Positions 9,633 to 20,284 of a stretch of DNA of 64,000 nt are shown here, piece by piece (the first letter of the stretch is position 1; each line of letters begins with the position of its first letter). The position numbers and the translations under genes are program-made. Source of the stretch: Blastocladiella emersonii ATCC 22665 (lineage: Eukaryota > Fungi > Blastocladiomycota). Location of the stretch: NCBI GenBank assembly GCA_025594325.1, contig JANHCV010000010.1, positions 248,001-312,000 on the forward strand. Reading direction: 5' to 3'. The notes below the pieces were generated by a model. It was not told the origin of the DNA. It saw only the letters and a list, made by a program, of their open reading frames with translations, and did not search any database.

Positions 9633-11887
9633 ATGTTCAAAGTCTCGGCACCGGCGGAGCTTGAAGCTTGGCCTCAGTCGCCGCTCCTCCCGGCCTGCGA
9701 CTCGCCGCCCGCCGGCTTCGCGGTGTGCGACTCTCCACCGGCAGGCTTCTCTCTCGACGACGAGCAGCCTTCACACGGTGGTTCGCCTCCCCCGGCGTAT
9801 CGCCCGCCTGTGGAAGCATCCTCGCCCGTCCAGGCTGCGCTGACTGCGGAAGCCAGCGCCGCGCCTCACGAAATTGCCGTAGATGACGATATTACGCTCT
9901 CAGCCGGTCCCGCTCTCGGTTCCTTTTCTGCATCCGCCCCAGCTCCACGCGCGGCAAGGCCGCGTGGCGACCTATCCTTGCAGGAGCCGCCTCGAGTGCC
10001 CGTCCTGGCCGGCCCCGATTCACTCCCAAATCCGCTTACTTTTGATGCAGCAGAGCCGTCTCGCCCGTCCTTGAGTGCGGGTTCGACTCTCCGGGCTGTT
10101 CTCGACGTAGAATTAACCGCGGCGTCTGCCGGCATCGCAGCAAGTAGCGGTCGCGGGCACCCAGCCGGGCCCGCACTCGGACGATTCGCACCCGCAGCTG
10201 TTGCGTCGGAACTTGTTTCGAGGCCATGCTCTACGCTCCCGCTGCAGGTGGCGCCTCGAGTACCTCCGCCCAACCCGCGGCCGCCTTTTTCGTCGACCGT
10301 TTCGCCTCCGCCGAGCGCAGCAGCGTTGAGCAACCAGCCAAACTGCGGTCCTGCACCGGCAATCCAATCCTCTGCATTGCACGACCTTGTCAGCCAAACT
10401 TGGCTACCTCAATCGTCACCGACTGCTCCGCTTCCCAACAACGCTTTCATCCCGGCGCCAATTCGACCACCCATGTTGCCTCCCACGCGCGAATCGATGA
10501 TTTCATTGCCACCGGGCCAACCATCCGCGGATAGCGACGCAGCCGCTAGCCACCCGCCGCCCCGCGTGATTCGCTCGCGAGTGGTCCGCGACAGTGGTTC
10601 GGAGTCGATCGTCGACCCCGTTGACGGGACCGAACACATCCGGCCGCCGCACAGCATCCTGCAGCTCATCTGTCTCGCCATCGACTCCACGGCCAGCAAA
10701 CAAATGAAGGCCGCCGACATTCTCGCCTGGATCAGGGACCACTTTCCATTCTACCGCTTTACTCCTTTGTCCTGGCAGGTACGCCGTCCACGATCGGAGC
10801 AGCTGTTGGGTGCAACGCTAACGTGATGACCATGCGTAGAGCGGGATCCGGAACAAGCTTTCAACCCATTCAGCGTTCTCGCGGATAAATTGCTTGCCGA
10901 CCGTCGGCGGGCGACGCGGGAATGGCTCGTACTGGGCCGTGTCCGAGGACTTTTTGGCGACCGCGCTCGCGTCCTGCGCCGGCTTGGCGCCGCCGAGCTT
11001 TGCTGCGCCTCGCACACCCGCTTCCGCTTCGCAGGACGCGGAGACCGAGGATGAAGCTGACGCGGTCGTTGCGGGCTCGAGCTCCGACCAGGTGCTGGAA
11101 TCAAGTTTATCATCGGCTCACGGTCCCGGTGCTGCTTCTTCCACTGCTTCCCTCGATGGAGACGCAGGCGAAACCCCGCAACCCCGTCGTCCGCAGCTCA
11201 ACATTTCCTCGCTGATATGCGGTGCGCTCGCTACGGTGCCCGATCACAAAATGACTTCCGCGCAGATTGCGGAGACAATCGAGCGCACGCACCCGCAATT
11301 TCAGCAGTCTGATCGCAAGGCGCTTCATGTACGCCGCCGCTCGTTCCGCGCTTTCCTTGATTGATTCATCGACTGACTCGCTCCCGTTTGAGCAGGCTGA
11401 AGTCGCTCGCTGCTTGAGTGGACGCAAGTATTTCACGCGGGTCTTGCGCCCCGAGGGTCACAAGCGGCGCGGGGACTTTTGGACCGCGGCCGAATCCGAC
11501 ATTACGCAGATCATTGGCCACTGCCCTCCCTTGGCTCCTGAGCATCAGGCGATTCGGGCTGCACCTGGCTCGAGCAGCGCTCCGACGCAGCGCCTCGATT
11601 CTGGTGGCGCTAGCGATACCGAGTCCGAAGTGAGCACGGACGAGGGCGACGACCGCGCAGGACGCAAGCGCCGGCGCGTGGCGGGCCCTGATGCGGTCAC
11701 GTCGCCTCGGCCTGGTGTCGTGCAGCCCGAGTCTCTCGCTGGGGCGGCTGGAATCCAGCTACAGCGACCACCACCGCCAAACTCGACCCGCCAAGGCTTC
11801 GTCGATAGGATTGCGAGCACGGCGACGCGCGACGCTGATCCAGAGGACTCAGATGAGACTGAGCCTGAAGTTGATATATTGGGATAA
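9633..11887 (+). CDS. transcription factor with two forkhead (winged-helix) domains, 3 exons
   Basis: FH1: RPPHSILQLICLAIDS..MKAADILAWIRDHFPFYR..SWQ|SGIRNKLS..F..GNGSYW. FH2: RPQLNISSLICGAL..MTSAQIAETIERTHPQF..|AEVARCLSGRKYF..RGDFW. Introns 10779-10839 and 11329-11395. Confidence 0.8.
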
Positions 11888-11973
11888 ATTGACTTGAACC
11901 TTGGTCTCTCCTTGCGCCAGGTTCAAGGGGGAGGCGCACGCGGCAGAGGGCGAAGGGACGGAAATGGTCGCGG

Positions 11974-11989
11974 ACGCGTTGCGCCACAC
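11974..11989 (+). promoter_or_regulatory. candidate cis-element ACGCGTTGCGCCACAC upstream of paralog 3
   Basis: 115 bp upstream of the ATG at 12089; identical to 7719-7734. Confidence 0.6.
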
Positions 11990-12088
11990 GTCGTGCCAAT
12001 GTGACCCTCGCCCGACCGTGGGCCGCGTGGCCACGTCAACGCGGCAGCGGCTCGCCGCTGATCCTCCCTTCGCGCACATGCTAAGCTC

Positions 12089-13093
12089 ATGAACTTGGAA
12101 ATGTTGGCCAACGCAAATGACTCGGTGCAACATGCTTGTGGCAATCCGTCAGAGCTCAGAACGGCGCCAGCTCAGTCGCCGTTCCTCCTCTTGGATCTTC
12201 CGCGCGACGTCTTGGCCGCGATCCTTCACACGGTCCTCGAGCACGCCGGAACTTCGACGTTCCAGTCGTTGACTCTGGCCCACACCTCGCTCTACCGCAT
12301 GGCGACGTCCGACCCCGCCGTGCACTCGCCCAGCGTCCATCTCGTCGCCACCCCGCCGAGCAGCGGCTGCCCCGCCTCATTTTATCCCGACAGCTTTTCG
12401 TACACGCTGGAATGCATGGAGACGGTCGCAAACTGGACTCGGTTTCCCGGTCTGCGGCTTCATTTCACTCTGGTCCCGCGCCCGGGCTCCAAAGCTCCCT
12501 TGTCCGCGTTTACTTTCTGCGTTCTTGTCGAGCACGTTCTCAAGGCGCACAGACCGGCCCGACTCACGCTTGACATGTCGATCCTCGAGGCCGACAGCGT
12601 CAGCGTCAGCGCAATCTTGCTGGATCTCGTCAAGGGCTGGAAGTGGAGCCCGTCGCTCATGCCGATCGCTCAGCGCGTGCTTCGCCTGACGCATCGCGCG
12701 ACCGAGTTCACGAGCGGTACCGGCTTCAAGTGGACTGGTGGCGCCCAAGAGCAAGCTCGAGTTTTCACTACATGCTCCGCGTGTGCGGGAAACGCGGTAC
12801 TCGGTGACAAACCTGGTTGGCAGTGTTCGGCGTGCACGATGGATTCGGATCGGAGCAACGTTGTTGATCTCGCGGGGCCGAAAACGTGCTGGACATGTCG
12901 CGCTCACGTCACGGACTACGCTCGCCTCGAGGATGTCTGCCAGCATCCACATCATGCTTCGCCCAAATCTTTCAAAGTGTTCATGTGCTCGACGTGCTCG
13001 CCTCGAGTCGCGAAGCGCGGCTGCAACTGGTGCTTCTACGCGAACGGCGGCGACGCAGCCTGGTCGCCGACCGAGTCATCGACGGACGCGTAG
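12089..13093 (+). CDS. F-box-like plus Cys/His-rich protein, paralog 3 (intronless)
   Basis: LLDLPRDVLAAILHTVL motif; CSAC..CSAC..CWTC..CQHPHH..CSTC..CNWC. Confidence 0.8.
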   Translation: MNLEMLANANDSVQHACGNPSELRTAPAQSPFLLLDLPRDVLAAILHTVLEHAGTSTFQSLTLAHTSLYRMATSDPAVHSPSVHLVATPPSSGCPASFYPDSFSYTLECMETVANWTRFPGLRLHFTLVPRPGSKAPLSAFTFCVLVEHVLKAHRPARLTLDMSILEADSVSVSAILLDLVKGWKWSPSLMPIAQRVLRLTHRATEFTSGTGFKWTGGAQEQARVFTTCSACAGNAVLGDKPGWQCSACTMDSDRSNVVDLAGPKTCWTCRAHVTDYARLEDVCQHPHHASPKSFKVFMCSTCSPRVAKRGCNWCFYANGGDAAWSPTESSTDA

Positions 13094-13320
13094 TTGCTCA
13101 GTGACGCATGCGGCATCGATGTCGCATAGTAATCAAATATACCTTCTTCAAAAGAAACCGATCCTGCCGGACCCGACGACTGGGAATGAGTGTCGCGCGG
13201 TCGCGTGATGTGGCGCGGTGCGTCGCCGAGTTGCCCCACGAGTGAATGCTGAGTGGAGAAATCTCATCGAAGAATCAGATCAAATGACAACAAACGGACT
13301 CACGAGCGCCTGTACCGAAC

Positions 13321-14370
13321 TCAATCATCGTTTCCGCCGAGCTGCATATCAGCGTCCGTCCACATGGCGTCGCCGCCGTTCTCGTAGAAGCACCAGTCGC
13401 ACCGGATTCGGCGAACGCGCGGCGCGCAGGCGGCGCATACGGGAACGGTCATGTCGACAGGTGACGTGTGACACTCGCGCTGGCAAGCGTAGCACATCGG
13501 GACACAGGTGGTCGAGCGCTCGTTGCAGAACCAACAAGTTGGCCGACGATCCGACTCGGGTTCACCGCGCATGTCAGCCAAGCACCACAGGCAGCGCCAT
13601 TCGTCCACGACACCAAGCAAGGCACGATCCTTGCAGCCAGCGCAGAGAGTGATGAACGACTTCTGGTGCAGAAACGACTGGGTCCAGGCGATCCCGGTGT
13701 CATGGGAAAAGTCATGCGAACGGTGGACGATGCGAAGCCGTTTGCAAGCGTCGGCGAACTGTGGCCGGCTCTCGTAAGCCGAGAGAAAAGAGGTCATGAG
13801 CAGCGTCACGCTCGAGCTGTCGGCCAGCGACAAGTCAAGCGTTACCTGGCGCGAGACGAGCAATAACATGACGGTTTCGAAAAGCGCATGGCAATCGTAG
13901 ATTCTGCGAATGACGACTTCGGGTACCTGGCCGTGGATTGGCTGCGGAACGAGCGTGAAGTGGACCGGCGGGCCGGGGTGTCGATGTAGTTGGGCAGCCA
14001 TGCGCAGACACTCGAGAACGTAGCCGAAGCTCTCGGGGTAGGGCGGCTTTCGTGGAGCGTCGTCGGTGCACGGAGAGAGAACGAGATACGTGCAGGGCCA
14101 GTAAACGGCGAGGTCCGAGATGGCGATGCGGAAGAGCCACGAGTCGGCTCGCGAAAAGGCTTGGAACGTTCGAGTGCCCGCATACTCGAGAACAGCGTGA
14201 AGAATCGCCGCCAACGCGTCCTGCGGAAGGTCCAGGAGCTGTAGCGAGCTGCGTGTAGCGGGCTCGGCGGACAGTGCCAGCGGGGTCGACGGCGAGACGA
14301 AGCCGTCGTCATTCGGGCTCGGTGTGCCGAGCGCCCAAGTTTGCATCAAGTTCTTTGCATCGTCGTTCAT
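13321..14370 (-). CDS. F-box-like plus Cys/His-rich protein, paralog 4 (intronless)
   Basis: ATG at 14370 (MNDDAKNLMQ). LLDLPQDALAAILHAVL motif; CAGC..CLWC..CWFC..CQRECH..CAAC..CDWC. Confidence 0.8.
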   Translation of the reverse strand: MNDDAKNLMQTWALGTPSPNDDGFVSPSTPLALSAEPATRSSLQLLDLPQDALAAILHAVLEYAGTRTFQAFSRADSWLFRIAISDLAVYWPCTYLVLSPCTDDAPRKPPYPESFGYVLECLRMAAQLHRHPGPPVHFTLVPQPIHGQVPEVVIRRIYDCHALFETVMLLLVSRQVTLDLSLADSSSVTLLMTSFLSAYESRPQFADACKRLRIVHRSHDFSHDTGIAWTQSFLHQKSFITLCAGCKDRALLGVVDEWRCLWCLADMRGEPESDRRPTCWFCNERSTTCVPMCYACQRECHTSPVDMTVPVCAACAPRVRRIRCDWCFYENGGDAMWTDADMQLGGNDD

Positions 14371-14483
14371 GATTGATTGCCTGAGTTCAAAGTGTACCGG
14401 GAGCGGTGAAAGGTCAGCCGACGCGCGACGAAAAGCGTTTCGCGCCGACGGACGCGTCGTCACTGATCACATTCAAGTCATCC

Positions 14484-14497
14484 GTGGCGCATCGCGT
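14484..14497 (-). promoter_or_regulatory. candidate cis-element ACGCGATGCGCCAC upstream of paralog 4
   Basis: Same orientation as the gene, 127 bp upstream of its ATG. Confidence 0.55.
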
Positions 14498-16286
14498 CCA
14501 CGGACAGACGCGAAACCGCCAGCGAGTTTCCCCTGCGAGTTCGAATGACTCCGCCTCGCGGACCGGCATCGTGTCAACTCAGACCACTATCGAACCTGCA
14601 GCACGCGGCATGGGCGAATACCAGATTGCACGCACACGGATCTCCCCCGCACCGTGCGCACGAGTATTCAGCTCCCGCAGCTGTCCGCCGGTGGCCTCCG
14701 TGACTTCAACGCACCCGTGCAGATACAGATGCCGTGGATTTCCCTGTTATGTACGCGTCGTTCCACGCGTCGTTCATGCGGTGGCGATCGTGGGGATCGA
14801 CCACCTGATCTCGCCTGTTTCCGCCCGCAACCGTCTCGCCGGCTCACCGCACTCCCGCGGCGCCGTTCCCCGCTTTGTAAACCTCTCTCCTCTCACCCAA
14901 CCCCGGTTCGAGGAAGAAGGAGGAACACACGTCCCTGACTAGCTGTATCCTTGCCTCACCTACCGCTCGGGATCAACTCAAGATCAACCCCTCGAACTGA
15001 GAGCCGTTGGCCGGGCCATCGGCTCCTCCTCCGCGCGCCCTTCCGGACTCTTCCTTGTTCGGCGACTGTCAACACCCCTAGACTCTTGACATCGTGGCAA
15101 TAGTGCATTGCAGTCGTTCCGTAGTTTTGAGAAACGCGCGAGTGGTGGCCGAGCGCGAGTGGTGTTTGGTCGGGCGTAGAGGCTTGAAAAGGGCGCCGTT
15201 CCGAAACGCGACGTGCCGGGCACATGCAGCCGCAAAACGTGACGGCGCGAAAATGAGCGTCGAGCCACGCGGGCGTTTGGGGAAGAACGCTGCACCGGAG
15301 ATGCCTGCTGAGGGCTTCCGGCCGCGCTTTTGCCTTCGCGCGCGTTGGCCGACCGTTCGCCTCGCCCGGCTGCTCGCCGTACAAAAGCCGCCCGACGCCC
15401 CCCTCTCCCTTTTTCGACGCCCTCAGTCTTCCGTGTCTGCCGTTGCTTCGCTCGCTTGCACACTAGTCCCCACCCCCTGCAACGACAGCGCGGACCTCCT
15501 CCCTGCCTTGTACGTGGGGCCACCATGCATCAACAACCTTCTCCGCCTTCCTCTCTCCTCCCTCCCTCCTCGGCGAAGGATGTCGACGTAGTAAAAGGTT
15601 TGACGGCCAGCACCCCCGCCGAGCTCGACCCGCCCTCGACGCCGACGTCGTGCTCGACTACGCGATGCCATGGACGGCAGCCGCCACGGACCTCTTCATT
15701 GGGGACTCGCGGCGAGCCTCCACGCCTGTCCCCGTAAGGCGGGTCCGACACGACGTGCGCAGCTCAGTAAAGCGTCCGCGGTTGCCCTCCGCGGCGGCCT
15801 CGGTCGGCGACTGCCTCGGCGCGATGCCCCAGCCGAGCGGCGGCAAAGGCCCTGCGCTACATGTACGACGCCCCGGCCACTTGAGCCCGCGCGGCGGCTC
15901 GGCGAGCCTGCACCGAGTGCCCGTCGCACTCGGGCGACGGCGGGTGGATAGACCGGGCCAGAATACCTCGTGTCGCGCGTCCTCGGTGTGGCTCGGCGCG
16001 CACGCGGCCTCCCGTTCGCGCGCGGGTCGGGCCTCGACACCGGCGCGCGGCTCATTCGACGCGGCTGCCGGCCACGGCTGCTCGTCAGCGTATTGTCGTC
16101 GCGTCCGAGGGCCTCGCGGCGCCGAGCTCGGCGTGCTGGTCGCGGGATCACAACACTTGCCTGACGCCACCCTCCCCCACCTCCCTCCTCCCACCTCCCT
16201 CCTCGAGCTCGTCCTCGTACTCAACGTGTACTAACCACGACCGCTACTCCTCCAGGCACATTCCCTCGCATATTCCACCACCGACC

Positions 16287-17573
16287 ATGTCGCTCTTCAA
16301 CAACTTTGCCAACGCCCTCGAGAACGTGCTCGACGAGGTCCAGCACGAGGACCAGCAGTCCCGCGCTACTGGCACCTCGGCGCCTCTGGCCGCCCCGACC
16401 ACCAAGTACGATTTCTTCCCCTTGACTCGACACGTCCGAACCCCACTCACACTTGCTCCTCTCCCTGTCCATAGCCTCAACGGCCGCAAGAAGGCGCTGC
16501 TCATCGGCATCAACTACAAGGGCACCCGTGCCGAGCTCCGCGGCTGCATCAACGACGTGAAGAACGTCTCCAACTTCATCTCGCAGCACGGCTTCTCGCG
16601 CGAGAACATGCTCATCCTCACCGACGACCAGGACGACCCCAACCGCCTCCCCAACAAGGCCAACATCGTCTCGGCCATGAAGTGGCTCGCCCGCGACGCG
16701 CGCGCCGGTGATTCGCTCTTCTTCCACTTCTCGGGCCACGGCGCCCAGGTCAAGGACGCTTCGGGAGATGAGGAGGACGGCCACGACGAGGTCCTTGTGC
16801 CCTCCGACTACGAGAAGGTCGGCATGCTGCTCGATGGTACGCTCTCTGCGCATGACTCGAGTTGACACGAACACTAGCACTGACAACCCGCTGTCTCCTC
16901 GCTCATAGACGACATCAACGCCATCATGGTCAAGCCTCTGCCCGCCGGATGCAAGCTCCACATGTACGTCTCCACCCACTGCTTCTGGCCTTGGTCGACA
17001 TTTGACTCACCGCCTTCCTACCTCTTTCCCCAATCTAAAACGCCTAGGATCATGGATTGCTGCCATTCGGGGACTATGGCCGATACTATGTACACGTACA
17101 CCGTTGACGGCGAGCTCGAGATCCACGCCGGCCAGCGCAAGTCCCGCGTCCGCGAGGGCCTGCACAAGCTCAAGGCGGCGGCCACGGCCGAGTCGACGGG
17201 CGAGATCCTTGGCAACCTCAAGGCCGGTCTCAAGCTCCTCCTCAAGGACGACGGCAGCGACAACGAGGGCGCCGCGCCGCCCGCTCCCACGCCCGCGCAG
17301 CTCAAGACGCAGCAGGAGCGCTCGTCCGAGGCCGACGTGCTCGTCATCTCGGGCTGCAAGGACGACCAGACGTCGGCCGACGCGTCCATCGACTCGCAGG
17401 CCACGGGCGCCATGTCGTGGGCGCTCATCTCGACGCTGACCGAGGCGCAGAGCGAGATCACCTACGCGCAGCTGCTCAAGACCATGCGCAAGAAGCTCCA
17501 CGGCAAGTACACGCAGATCCCGCAGATGTCGACGGCTCGCCCGCTCGACCTCAACACCAAGTTCTGCCTGTAA
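16287..17573 (+). CDS. MCA1: metacaspase (peptidase C14B), copy A, 4 exons
   Basis: RKKALLIGINY, LRGCINDV, HFSGHG (catalytic His), DCCHSG (catalytic Cys), SGCKDDQTSADA, GAMSWA and QIPQMS motifs. Introns near 16407, 16837 and 16964. Confidence 0.93.
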
Positions 17574-18245
17574 GGCGCTCGTGACGTTGCTGGTGGCCGC
17601 GGACGAGAGCGGCTTGGCTGATTTGTTGAAGATGGTTATTCATGTATACTACACGCTTTGCTTACTTACTCAACACCTTTAATAGCCGTTGCTTTCTTAC
17701 TCAACATATCTGCTAGCTCTTGAGTCGTTGGCACAAATCAGAGCAAGGTGCTCGGCTGCCCCATCCTGATCCAGGACGCGGTGGCGGCGGCCGTGGTCGC
17801 CGTGGCCGCCGTGTGAGAGCAGCGGCGCAGGTACGACGCGCGCGGCGGGCACGCGCATCCATGACCATCATGGCCATGGTCGCCATGGACGCGGAGAATC
17901 GCGTTACTCGATTGAGAGAGCACGATCACTCGAAAGCTGTGTGGCCAATGGTCGAACTCAAGGCTGAACTTACGCACGTCGCGCTGGCCGCCTAAGAATC
18001 TGTGCCATGCTGGCGACGATGCGCGGCGGGAATGGCCTGTGCGGCCGAGTTCGCGAGCCGCCCGCGTCTTGGTCAGCGCGAACCCTAAGTCGCGGTTGGC
18101 CTCGTCGAACTAGTACAGAACCGCGCCAGCAGCGCCGTCCGCGGCCCAGGAAGCCGTGGTTGAGAAGGCCGATGCGGGATGCGAGGGGTGATGGTCGCTG
18201 CCGAGCTGGAGCTCCACAGCGAGGAAGTAGTTGTTTGGGAAAAAG

Positions 18246-19604
18246 GTACAGGGCGGGCATGGTGGCCGCGAGCGACGTGTCCGTGCGTGCACTACAGTGA
18301 GTTGAAAGAAACGTGTGTTTGTTGATCTCGGTGTCGGTGAACGACAACTTGATGTACAGCGGGGTCGGAGACGTAGTTTGAAGGTGCTCAAGGTCTTGAC
18401 GGCCGCCGTGGAAGTGTTGTTGGTGGCCATGGCGGTGGTTGAGCTGGGCTCGGCCACGACAACACCTTGGACACTCGGACGATTATGGCCATGAGGTCTG
18501 GGGCGGCGCGGACGAACGCACCAAGTGAGAAAGCGCACCGCATCACGGAGCGGCTTTGCGACTTTGATCACGGCGGCGAACTCGCAGTGTAGCTGCACGA
18601 CCAATGACGCGTCAGAAAGCTGTTCGCACCGTAGCCACGGCGACACAGGCGTACAACTTGTCGGAACCGGCCGTACACGCGCTTGGCGAATCTCTTGTCG
18701 AACATTGCGGTCGAGTCGGGTGCTTGACCTTGCACGCGTCACCAAGGTGGTCGATCGTGTCGGCGCGGCGCGCTTAGCGTTGTCGGGACGTGGGTCAAAA
18801 AGTGCGCTCGGCGCGCGGAACTACGCGCATCGCGGGCCGGGAGCATCAGTCCCTCGTCACTTTAATGCAAATTGCGCGCACGCGGGTTTATATGGTTCAC
18901 TTTGGGGTGGGGTGCGGGAGGCGAAGAGCGCAAGCGAGACGCGCCGTACACACCACGTGATGGGCACTTTCATTGCCGATCCGACTTGAGCGAGCGCATT
19001 TGGCGCGGATAACCGCCGCAACCACCAAATCTCGCGCGCCGAGCGCACTTTTTGACCCACGTCCCGACAACGCTAAGCGCGCCGCGCCGACACGATCGAC
19101 CACCTTGGTGACGCGTGCAAGGTCAAGCACCCGACTCGACCGCAATGTTCGACAAGAGATTCGCCAAGCGCGTGTACGGCCGGTTCCGACAAGTTGTACG
19201 CCTGTGTCGCCGTGGCTACGGTGCGAACAGCTTTCTGACGCGTCATTGGTCGTGCAGCTACACTGCGAGTTCGCCGCCGTGATCAAAGTCGCAAAGCCGC
19301 TCCGTGATGCGGTGCGCTTTCTCACTTGGTGCGTTCGTCCGCGCCGCCCCAGACCTCATGGCCATAATCGTCCGAGTGTCCAAGGTGTTGTCGTGGCCGA
19401 GCCCAGCTCAACCACCGCCATGGCCACCAACAACACTTCCACGGCGGCCGTCAAGACCTTGAGCACCTTCAAACTACGTCTCCGACCCCGCTGTACATCA
19501 AGTTGTCGTTCACCGACACCGAGATCAACAAACACACGTTTCTTTCAACTCACTGTAGTGCACGCACGGACACGTCGCTCGCGGCCACCATGCCCGCCCT
19601 GTAC
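18246..19604. repeat. long inverted repeat: 572-bp arms (18246-18817 and 19033-19604) with a 215-bp spacer
   Basis: Arms are reverse complements with no mismatch found by eye, and the ORF track gives identical peptides on opposite strands. About 27 bp of degenerate similarity continues outside the arms. Confidence 0.95.
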
Positions 19605-20284
19605 ATCTCTCGCACACAACCACTTTCTCGCCTCGCTGATCTTGTGCCCCTCAGAAATGTTCGTTGGTTTGGCGAGGAAGGAGGGCTGTACGCGCGGCGG
19701 CACGTCTGTCGATCTTGTACCATGCGTTTTCCTGTACCGTACTAACCGTCTTGCATGAAATACGTGCCCCGCACGCGCGCAACATCTTGATCCATCAGCA
19801 TCCCCACCCATCGCGACGCGTCATCCGAGCGCACTTGTCCTCGCACCGCACTGACGCCTCAAGCGGATCCCATCACCAGGGGGGGGCTAAGTGCCATCAC
19901 ACCGCCCATCACGCCACGAACCGCCCATAACGCCACGAACTTCGACGCGTTCTCCGCCAGCCGACGCGGCGAGTTCTCGGCAATAACGCCTGCTTTGCGT
20001 AACCGTGAGCTTTGCGCTATACATAGGGAGCAGGCCTTGGTGCTTCAGAATCGGACCGTGACCAGCGCATCGCTTGCGACGACGTGGTTTTCCTCACTGC
20101 GTTGGTCGGCGCTTCCGTTGACGGATCGCACATAAAGGTGGGCTCCTGTGCGCGCGGCCATGATGACGGCTCAAGCATCACTCAAGGTCACTAATTGCTG
20201 CGATGCTGATCAAAAAAGGGGTACATGGGGAGAGTACAGGGATATCACACTCGCGAACAATCAATCAAAACATCGCGCACCCAC

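Noticed and set aside
6516-14370. Integrated giant-virus or Starship/transposon cargo as the origin of the intronless cluster
   Set aside because: No viral hallmark, captain recombinase or transposase gene is present, there are no element boundaries, and the embedded forkhead gene has normal introns. Kept only as a hypothesis for the family's origin.
14530-14560. GTTCGAAT T-loop-like sequence (also at about 51244)
   Set aside because: The flanks do not form a T-stem or cloverleaf, so these are not tRNAs.
15120-15255. E2F/MCB-like sites (GGCGCGAAA, GAAACGCG x2)
   Set aside because: Short CG-rich motifs are expected by chance at this GC content, and no clear downstream target gene was identified.
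14956-16234. Overlapping ORFs of 135-194 aa between paralog 4 and metacaspase A
   Set aside because: Arg/Pro/Ala-rich GC-driven frames on both strands with no motif or consistent codon bias. A real small gene cannot be excluded but is unsupported.
19470-19500. SDPAVH peptide in one frame of the palindrome arm, matching paralog 3
   Set aside because: Only six residues match and the flanks do not align; treated as coincidence.
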